From positions 38,068,001 through 38,132,000 of the forward strand of contig NC_043003.1 in assembly GCF_006345805.1 (NCBI RefSeq): a stretch of DNA of 64,000 bases, read 5' to 3'. Origin of the DNA: Octopus sinensis (lineage: Eukaryota). The notes beneath the pieces were generated by a model. It did not search any database, was not told where the DNA came from, and saw nothing but the letters and a program-made list of their open reading frames with translations. The translations under genes and the position numbers were made by a program. Below, one piece after another: positions 53,576 to 64,000 of the stretch (position 1 is its first letter; each line of letters begins with the position of its first letter).

Positions 53576-54216
53576 GCATGTGTGTACACATGGATGCATA
53601 TTTATAGATATTCTGCTACACCAGTTACTGAGTGTTATGCCTTTCTGAATAATGGCAATTTGTGACACAGTGTGAATGCAGACGGTGTGGAACTTTTGTG
53701 AGCACCATTATGAATCCGAGAAATTCTCATAATTCTTAAACATGTAGATAACCTGAATTATAATTCCTAGGACACGCCTGAGGCTGATTCTGCTGCTGCT
53801 TTTTCTAGATGCATCTATGTGAAGGACTTTTGATGGTGTATTCTTACTCTTTTTATTCAAATGAATGTTTTGAAATTTATTATTGTCATGAGAAAACAGA
53901 GAAATGGAATATTCTGACTTACATATCGTCTGCATAACATGTAGATATTACCTGTATGCATAAAAGTAAAGCCATGAATATCAAGGCACATAATGCTGCA
54001 TTCATATACCCAATGGATGCAAAGCTAGGAATGTGTTGTTTTCATATTCGGTATAGAAATGTTAATGGTAGCACTTTCTCTCCACTCAACTTTTAAATCA
54101 TTTTAATTTTTTATATTCTTCATCTTTTAGGTTTCACTTGTTTCAGTGATTAGATTCCTACCATGCAGTAAATATATATTGCTTGATTGCAATATATGTG
54201 TGTTTTGAGTAATTTA

Positions 54217-54283
<67 letters not shown>

Positions 54284-55739
54284 CACACACACACATACAT
54301 GTCTGTAGATACACATGTATGTGTATAAGCACACATGTATGTATATACATAGATACAATGCTGTTACACAAGTCACTGGATACTATGCCTTTCTGAATAC
54401 TAGCAATTTGTGGCATAGAGTCAAAGCAGACTTTGTGAAACTGTTGTGAGAACCATTATCTATCCAACAGATTTTGATATTTCTTAAAACACTCACTGAA
54501 TTACAAAAAAAAAAAAATGAAATTCACTATAATGCAATCTCAAACCAGGAGAGTTGTTCTGAGAAAGAACTCCCATCTGACAAGTGTTTGGCTATTATTC
54601 CTGATACTCTATGGGAGCTGGTGCCACCCAGCTCTTGTCTCGTAGGTTTCCCCTTGCTGTTTTCCAAAATCCTGTCCCCTGCCTTATTCAGACGTCAGTC
54701 ATTCTTTTTGTGGTCTTGAATTCCCTTGCCTGTGTTTCAGACCACTAATGCTGCTTCACCAGTCACTAGATATTATGACTTTCTGAATAATAGCAATTTG
54801 TGACACAGTGTGAAGGTAAAATTGAGGAATTTTGTCAGCACCATTATGTACCAGACAGATTCTGGTATTTCTTCAAACATGTACAGAATGACTGCAATTA
54901 GAATCCCCAGGAAAAGCAGGGGCTAGACTGATGTTGGTGGTTCTTGATGCATCAGCTTTAAAGTCTTTCGTTGTTGTATTCTTACTTTTTGTCTCAAAAT
55001 CAATTTTTGCCATTTCGAAATTATTGTCATAAACCAAGTAAGTTGAATATTCTGACTTACATGTTGTCTCCAGATCGTGGAGACATTACTCATATGCATA
55101 ACTTATTGGCACGGATATCAAGGAATGCAGTATTTTCATATTTGGTATTTCAAAAGGAAGAGTGATATTTTCTCCCTATTGAAGTTGTGAAAACTATATC
55201 TCTTTGAAATATAAAAGTAAAGACGTAAAGTAAGTACAGTTAGGGAGCTTTTTAATGATCACTATAAATGTTTTGATACATATAGATCTACATATCGAAA
55301 TGAATTTTTTGAATTTGTTGTCATCTCAAAAACAACAAATTCAAATATCTTGACTTGCATGTCATCTGCAAATTGTTTAGACACTATTGTACCACATTCA
55401 TATACCCGATGAATGCAAAGCTAGGAATGCAGTGTTTCCATATTTGGTATTTGTATAGAAAGGCTAGCATTTCCATATTTGGTACTTGTATATATAAAGG
55501 GGAGCATTTTTACCCCGCCCAAATAGCTACATACACACACACACACACACACATAAATATATATGTATACATGATGATGATGATACATATTCTTCATCTT
55601 TTAGCTTTTATCTGCTTCATTTATTAAATTCTTAGCATGCAGTCAATATCTATTCCTGGAATGAAATATGTTTTTTATGTATATATAAATGTGTGTATGT
55701 CTGTATACACATGTATGTGTAGGTACATATGTACATGTG

Positions 55740-55777
<38 letters not shown>

Positions 55778-58700
55778 CACACACACACACTCAAATATAT
55801 AGATATATTTGCTTGTGTATACACATGGATGCATATTTATAGATATTCTGCTACACCAGTTACTGAATGTTATGCCTTTCTGAATAATGGCTATTTGTGA
55901 CAAGTGTGAATGCTGATATTGTGGAACTTTTTTGAGCACCATTATGAATCCGAGGTATTCTCGTAATTCTTAAACACGTAGATAACCTGAATTATAATTC
56001 CTGGGACAAGCCTGAGGCTGAATCTGCTGCTACTTTTTCTAGATTCATCTATGTGAAGAACTTTTGATGGTGTATTCTTAATAATAATAATAAAACATTG
56101 TGTACAGTGCTCAGGTGCACTACAACTCATCTAAAGTGTATGTATAGTACAAAGGGTAATGTACAGGTTCCAATCTGCTCTCTTCCAATCGAAGGAAGCA
56201 GATTAGATATGGTTCGGGTTTTTGTTGCTGCCGCAAGAGCCAGATTGGCGATGATCATAGCATGATCAGAGTTGCCTAGAGGTTCCTCCGTAGTACAATT
56301 GATAACCGCTTTAAGAGTTGTGGTGAAGAGCAGGTCCAAGGCGTTGTCGCCTCTTGTTGGAGAGGTGACTACTTGTGACCAGTTTGAGTCCAGTACAAGC
56401 TCAATGAAATCGTTTGCACTCTGTGGCCAATGGAAGGTTTCCCAATTGATCTCAGGATGATTGAAGTCGCCTGCAATAAAAACATAAGTGTGTTTTCCTG
56501 GCAGCAGCTCGGAGGATATCGCAAAACTGTGTGTCTTGATGGTAATTTGGGGGACGATAAACAATGCCAAGCAGGAGTGTTGACATGGTCATACGTATGT
56601 CATAGAAAAAAGCTTCTTCTCGTGATTCGTTCAAATCAGCACAAGGAATTACCGAAAAATTTGAATGAACGTAGACCATCAAACCACCACCCTGGCAGTT
56701 AATACTGTCCTTGCGGAAAAGGTTGTACCCAGTAATGTTGAAAACCCCATCACAGAGTAAGGAATGTGCCCATGTTTCCATGACTGTGATGAAGTCAGGG
56801 TCAATACTTCTGACGTAGGAGTTGAACAGATGTATTTTGTTGCATAAACTGCGAGCATTTAAGGACAACAATTTGTACCCTGCTTGCAGTTTATGATGGT
56901 GTGTAGAGGGTGGCAGGTTGTTCTGGTTTAGTTTCCCAGAGTTGCTGTAGTTTTTTTTCCATTTTCAGTTATTGTGCGTAGAGAGCACTCAGACCAGGTG
57001 GTATCTCTCTTCCACGTTTCACCAGTCTTAACAAATCTCCAGATTTGTCCATCCTCACGAAGACTGAAACTTTCTTGCAGAGCTGAGTTCCGGTTCAGGG
57101 AAGCTGCTACATGTAGCTTCGGACGTACATCGGGTGGTAAGCCTGGGCGTTTGGAAGGTAGTCCGATTTTCACGCCCAGCTTTAACTGAGGCCAGATGGT
57201 ATGAGGTTGCCTCAGCATTGTCTGAAAAAGACAGCTTGATGAGCCTGGTTTTTGGGCCAGGTCGTCCAAGGCGGAGAACACCCATTCGGGGAACGCAGCC
57301 TAGCTCTTTGGCTGAGTTGGCAGCAAATGCCTGAAGATCAACCATGTCTTCTGGTACCCCAATGGCAATAACTTCGTGGGTTGCAGAATCCGCGTTCCTT
57401 AAGGAAGGCCTTGTGAGAGGATGGGTACCGTAAGAAGAAATTTAAGTGGCTGTGGTTAATCCCTAGGTGTAGGTAGTTACACCTTTCCATTTCAACAGCA
57501 CAATCCCGCTGTTTCACCTATCCATTTTTTAGCACTGCAAAATTGACAAGTTTTAGACATGCCGCCAATCTGATTGTGAGGGTGGTCTGCATAATCATTA
57601 GTGGGAACATAAGTGAAAGCCTTCAATGACCATCGTGATTTTATTGCTCTCGAAATACCTTGCCTATTGGCTTTGTACTGAGAAACATCCCCCTAGTCGA
57701 TTGGATCTGTTATCTGCTGTCTCTGCAGCTCTGGCAGATTCAGTAGAAGCAGCGTCTCTGCTCAGATGCAGCTCACATTGAGCATCATTCGCTGCAGCTC
57801 TGGCAAATGCCGTAGAGGCAGCATTTCTATTCAGATGTAGTTCATGTTGTGCATCGTCCTCAGCAGCTCCTTCAGATCGTGCAGCTGCAGCCTTTCGGTC
57901 TAAACGAAGTCTATGCTGACTATTTTTGTCTGCAGCTTGTACATCTGCATTAATTGTTGCATTTCCATTGTTCTGATGTGGAACATTTTCGTTATTCAGC
58001 ACAGCCTGTGGGAATGTTATACAATTGGAGAAGGAATCGGATTGATTTTCCCAGCCAGTCTTTTTGTCTTAAAACAGCGATTTCAATGATGTTTGTCTCT
58101 GCCATTGTCTCTACCATTTCAAAGCAGATGGCAGAGACTAAACATTGTATTTCGACATCAGGTGGTACATTTTTTATTTGGACTTTCGTCAGTCTCTGGT
58201 TTAAATAGATTGGTATCATTACCAAGTCGTCTGAATGCAGCTCCAATGTGGAGAATCGTTTTGCTAAATTTTCGTTGAGGAAACGTACTTGGACTGTACC
58301 AAATTTATTTCCCCAACTGATATACTCCTTAGAGTCCCATGCAGGACGAAGACATTTTTCAATTTTTTGCTGCGGTGCATTTTCTGGTCGTTTTGCTTTC
58401 TTGTTGATGACTTTGTAGATTATTGTTTTTTTTTGTGTGTTTTCCACGATGTGTTGTGGAATGTGAAGGTGTAATTGTCTCCTTCTTTGGTGAAGAGTGC
58501 TTTTGTGAGGTTTATTTCCTGTGTGGTGAATTTTACGATTGTTCGTTTTTGTTTTGTCGCATTCGCGAAGTTCGTTTTAATATTGGCGGTGTTAGCAGCA
58601 GAAGGGTTAGTTTTTGCAGTTGAAGTCGTGGTAGTGGTGTTGGTGTTGGCGTCTTTGGTAGGCGGTTTTGAACTTTTGTCAGCACCATTATGTATCAGAC

Positions 58701-61700
58701 AGATTCTGGTATTTCTTAAAACATGTACAGAATGACTGCAATTAGAATCCCCAGGAAAAGCAGGGGCTAGACTGATGTTGCTGGTTCTTGATGCATCGGC
58801 TTTAAAGCCTTTTGTTGTTGTGTACTCTTACTTTTTGTGTCGAAATCAATTTTTGCCATTTCGAAATTATTGTCATAAACCAACCAAGTTGAATATTCTG
58901 ACTTACTCCAGATTGTGGATACATAACTCATATGCATAACTTATTGGCACGGATATCAAGGAATGCAGTATTTTCTTATTTGGTATTTCTATCGTAAGGG
59001 TGAAATTTTCCTCTCATTGAAGTTGTGAAAACTATATATCTGTGAAATATACTAGCAGTGTAGCCCGGTGTTGCTCTGGTTTGTTTTTTAGTTGCACTTA
59101 TAACAGCAGACTTTGATGTCACGTTAACACAGCTTTGACATAGTTTCAATCTACGAATAAAAGTATAGTGTGACGATGCTCGAGTTTGCTCTGAATGTGC
59201 TGCAGATGTGTAATACCGACTTCAGGTGTTGGTATTGTTGGCTTAAATTCCTTCTATTAACATTATTCCATAGGAGCTGATTCCAAAGCGTATTTAAAGC
59301 TCTGAATGTAGCTGTTGTCCTGTGAAGCATTTCTTGCAGTTCAAGAAGGGGGCCGATTCTAGCTTGCAGTTTAATTGAGTATTTATCGTTTTCATCTGTG
59401 AAGGCAAATAAATTTTGCCTTGCTGCCTGTTGAAAGCTGTCTGAAATAAAGTATAGCTAGAGAAATTGCAGTGGATTATTATCAACAGGCTGTAGAGAGC
59501 TGATAAAATGATGCAACTGACCATGAACTTTAAAAGTTGGTATATATTCCTTCTTATCAAATTTATAACCGGATCCAAATGGGTTCATCTGGAAGGCACA
59601 ATTGTAATGTCGGATACCTTTAAGGAAGGCCCTTGAGAGAGGATGGGTACCTGTAAGAAGAAATTTAAGTGGCTGTGGTGTTTCCCTAGGTGTAGGTAGT
59701 TATACCTTTCCATTTGAACAGCACAATCCCGCTTGTTCATCTACCCATTTTTTAGCATTGCAAAATTGACAAGTTGTCATAAACCACCCAAGTTGAATAT
59801 TCCGACTTACATGTTGTCTCCAGATTGTGGAGACATTACTTTTATGCATAACTTATTGGCACGGATATTAAGGAATGTAGTATTTTCATATTTAGTACTT
59901 CAATATGAAGAGTGATATTTTCTCCCTATTGAAGTTCTGAAAACTATATATCTTTGAAATACAAAAGTAAAGACGTAAAGTAAGTACAGTGTTTCCATAT
60001 TTGGTATGCAGTGTTTCCATATTTGGTACTTATATAGAAAGTCTAGCATTTTCATATTTGGTACGTGTATATAAAGGGGAGAATTTTTACTCCACCCAAA
60101 TAGTTACATACACACACACACACACACACACACATATATCTATATATTCTTCATCTTTTAGCTTTTATCTGCTTCATTTATTAAATTCTTAGCATGCAGT
60201 CAATATCTATTCCTGGAATGAAATATGTTTTTTATGTATATATAAATATGTGTGTGTATGTCTGTATACACATGTATGTGTAGGTACATATGTACATGTA
60301 TATATATATATTATATATATATATATATACACATAGATATACACACACTCAAATATATACATATATATGCATGTGTATACACATGGATGCATATTTATAG
60401 ATATTCTGCTACACCAGTTACTGAGTGTTATGCCTTTCTGAATAATGGCAATTTGTGACACAGTGTGAATGCAGACGGTGTGGAACTTTTGTGAGCACCA
60501 TTATGAATCCGAGAAATTCTCATAATTCTTAAACATGTAGATAACCTGAATTATAATTCCTAGGACACGCCTGAGGCTGATTCTGCTGCTGCTTTTTCTA
60601 GATGCATCTATGTGAAGGACTTTTGATGGTGTATTCTTACTTTTTATATTCAAATGAATGTTTTGAAGTTTATTATTGTCATGAGAAAACAGAGAAATGG
60701 AATATTCTGACTTACATATCGTCTGCATAACATGTAGATATTACCTGTATGCATAAAAGTAAAGCCATGAATATCAAGGCACATAATGCTGCATTCATAT
60801 ACCCAATGGGTGCAAAGCTAGGAATGTGTTGTTTTAATATTTGGTATAGAAATAGTAGTGGTAGCACTTTCTCTCCACTTAACTTTTAAATCATTTTAAT
60901 TTTTTATATTCTTCATCTTCTAAGTTTCACTTGTTTCAGTGATTAGATTTTTACCATGCAGTAAATATATATTGCTTGATTGCAATATATGTATGTTTAT
61001 GAGTATATTTATATATATATATATACATGTCTGTAGATACACATGTATGTGTATAAGCACACATGTATGTATATACATAGATACAATGCTGTTACACAAG
61101 TCACTGGATACTATGCCTCTCTGAATACTAGCAATTTGTGGTATAGTCAAAGCAGGCTTTGTGAAACTGTTGTGAGAACCATTATGTATCCAACAGATTT
61201 TGATATTTCTTAAAACACTCAGTGAATTACAAAAAAAAAAATGAAATTCGCTATAATGCAATCTCAAAACAGGAGAGGTGTTCTGAGAAAGAACTCCCAT
61301 CTGACAAGTGTCTGGCTATTATTCCTGATACTCTATGGGAGCTGGAGCCACCCAGCTCTTGTCTCGTAGGTTTCCCCTTGCTGTTTTCCAAAATCCTGTC
61401 CCCTGCTTTATTCAGACGTCAGTCATTCTTTTTGTGGTCTTGAATTCCCTTGCCTGTGTTTCAGACCACTAATGCTGCTACACCAGTCACTAGATATTAT
61501 GACTTTCTGAATAATAGCAATTTGTGACACAGTGTGAAGGTAAACATTGAGGAACTTTTGTCAGCACCATTATGTACCAGACAGATTCTGGTATTTCTTC
61601 AAACATGTACAGAATGACTGCAATTAGAATACCCAGGAAAAGCAGGGGCTAGACTGATGTTGGTTGTTCTTGATGCATCGGCTTTAAAGTAGTTTGTTTT

Positions 61701-62424
61701 TGTATTCTTACTTTTTGTCTCGAAATCAATTTTTGCCATTTTGAAATTATTGTCATAAGCCACCCAAGTTGAATATTCTGACTTACATGTTGTCTCCAGA
61801 TCGTGGAGACATTACGCATATGCATAACTTATTGTCACGGATATCAAGGAATGCAGTATTTTCATATTTGGTATTTCAATAGGAAGAGTGATATTTTCTC
61901 TCCATTGAAGTTGTGAAATCTATATATCTTTGAAATACGAAAGTAAGGACGTAAAGTAAGTACAGTTAGGGAGCTTTTTAATGATCACTATAAATGTTTT
62001 GATACATATAGATCTACGTATTGAAATGAATTTTTTGAATTTGTTGTCATCACAAAACAACAAATTCAAACATCTTGACTTGCATGTCATCTGCAAATTG
62101 TTTAGACATTGTTGTATCACATTCATATACCCGATGAATGCAAAGCTAGGAATGCAGTCTTTCCATATTTGGTACTTATATAGAAAGTCTAGCATTTTCA
62201 TATTTGGTACGTGTATATAAAGGGGAGCATTTTTACTCCACCCAAATAGTTACATACACACACACACACACATATCTATATATTCTTCATCTTTTAGCTT
62301 TTATCTGCTTCATTTATTAAATTTTTACCATGCAGTCAATATCTATTCCTGGAATGAAATATGTTTTTTATGTATATATAAATATGTGTGTGTATGTCTG
62401 TATACACATGTATGTGTAGGTACA

Positions 62425-62455
<31 letters not shown>

Positions 62456-62456
62456 G

Positions 62457-63026
62457 CCAGCGAGCCAGGATCCACCGACAACATATTCGGCAGGAAGAAC
62501 TACGCAAAATACCACTAAGCACACACCTAGCTACATGTGAAGAAGGAAAATTTAAGATATTTCCCTTCTACAAGTGTCCGAAGAACGACACCTCCTTCAG
62601 GAGAAATATGGAAAAACATTTCATAGCTAAGTTCTCCCCCAAATTAAATGGCTGAAACTTTACTCAACATACATTGAAGGACAAATTTTTCGATTTACAA
62701 TATGATACAGTGGAACATTTAATATATGTGTGTGTGTGTATATATATATATATAGGTATGTGTGTGTATGTTACCTGTTATATACACTATATTGTTTTTG
62801 CAACTTACTTGATCTTTACTTGCCAATTGTCATTCTAATTTTAACCTTCCTATGATATACAATTTTCAAGATGATGTAACTTGATTGTTCATTTTGATTC
62901 GATAGAAGGTGGATTTTTCTCTAATGTTTCATGTGTAAGCATGTATATATATATATATAGTGACATTGAAGGACACATCTTTCGATTTACAATCTAATAT
63001 AGTAGAACATTTAGGATATGTCTGTA

Positions 63027-63069
<43 letters not shown>

Positions 63070-63267
63070 GTGTGTGTATAGATATGTGTATTGCCTGTTA
63101 TATACATTATATTATATTATTATCTTTATAATTTACTTCCATCTTTACCCTTTAATTGTCACTTTAATTTTAACTTTCCTATGATATACAATTTTCAAGA
63201 TGGTGTAATTTGGTTATTCATTTTGAACTGATAAAAAGGTTTTTTTCAAATACTTTATGTATAAGTC

Positions 63268-63312
<45 letters not shown>

Positions 63313-63522
63313 TGGTATAAATATCAACACACAAAAATATTTTTTTCTTCTCCACTTCCTCCCTTATTTTTATTTATTTTTTATTTATTTTTTTATATTT
63401 TTTATTTTTTAAATTTTTTTTTATATTTTTATTTATTTTTTATTTTTAATTATTTTTTATTTTTATATTTATTTTTATTTTTCCTTTTCTCTTTCTTTCT
63501 CTCCTTCTCCAAACACAGACAC

Positions 63523-63562
<40 letters not shown>

Positions 63563-64000
63563 CACACACGGACACACACACACCTCCACAAAACGATCAT
63601 AGAAAGTGTGACCCCAAATGACATTTGTCTGGCCAGCCTATGCACAACACACACTCAGTGACATGAGACTGGACAGAGAGCAGAGCCAAATTTCTTAGAA
63701 AACCACAGGAGGTCCAGTAGACCAATGGAATAACAATACTTCTTCTTCCCTATCAGATACAAATGCACACACACACACACACACACACACACACCACACA
63801 CACATACACATACACACATGTTTTCTCTGTCTCACTTCCTCTTCACCCTTTTATACTGTCTTATTCCTCCCCACCACTACTAGGAAACTATAAAATGTTC
63901 AAATTACCCACAAGGAATTGATTTGATTTGAAAAGCCCACTCGATTGGGAGAAAGCGCTAATCCGAATGATATGAATCTGAATGATATGATATATATGTA
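62457..64000 (+). mobile_element. 5'-truncated Penelope-like copy (GIY-YIG C-terminus + 3' region with ~300-bp tandem duplication)
   Basis: QRARIHRQHIRQEELRKIPLSTHLATC…FSPKLNG* is nearly identical to the end of ORF 11530..12321. Duplicated block at ~62670-62960 / 62963-63270. Confidence 0.88.

Larger units (their letters stand above)
17040..62456. repeat. Composite tandem array (macrosatellite), ~5.2-7.3 kb period, about 6 partial or complete units
   Basis: Anchor actagcagtg (CTAG) recurs at 32622, 37780, 44774, 51708 and 59052. Near-identical ORF sets recur in the ORF track. Confidence 0.95.

Noticed and set aside
17040-62456. CRISPR-like repeat/spacer reading of the recurring module core
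   Set aside because: Eukaryotic context, long degenerate repeats, and the intervening sequences are themselves repeated TE pieces. No cas-like ORFs.

Overview
AT-rich eukaryotic (metazoan) DNA with many (TA)n/(CA)n microsatellites. The repeat mix resembles a cephalopod/octopus-type genome (inference only). No intact host gene is evident. Bases ~1-16.5 kb are a nest of transposon relics: Tx1/L1-like, Penelope, two CR1/L2-type LINEs (one inside the other), a near-intact Gypsy LTR element with both LTRs, a 5-bp TSD and a -1 frameshift site, an RTE, a mariner and a Gypsy protease remnant. Bases ~17-62.5 kb are a large composite tandem array (period ~5.2-7.3 kb). Each unit combines a Helitron 3' end plus Rep fragments, an RT-less CR1 derivative, a Tx1 ORF1 fragment and several diverged copies of an unidentified ~0.5-1 kb module. 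The first, longer copy also carries a full-length Buster-type hAT, an RTE, a Tx1 and Penelope pieces. Notable points: minimal hammerhead ribozymes, a Gypsy primer-binding site matching the 5' end (not the 3' end) of tRNA-Phe, and a strong minus-strand bias of TE insertions reminiscent of a uni-strand piRNA cluster.
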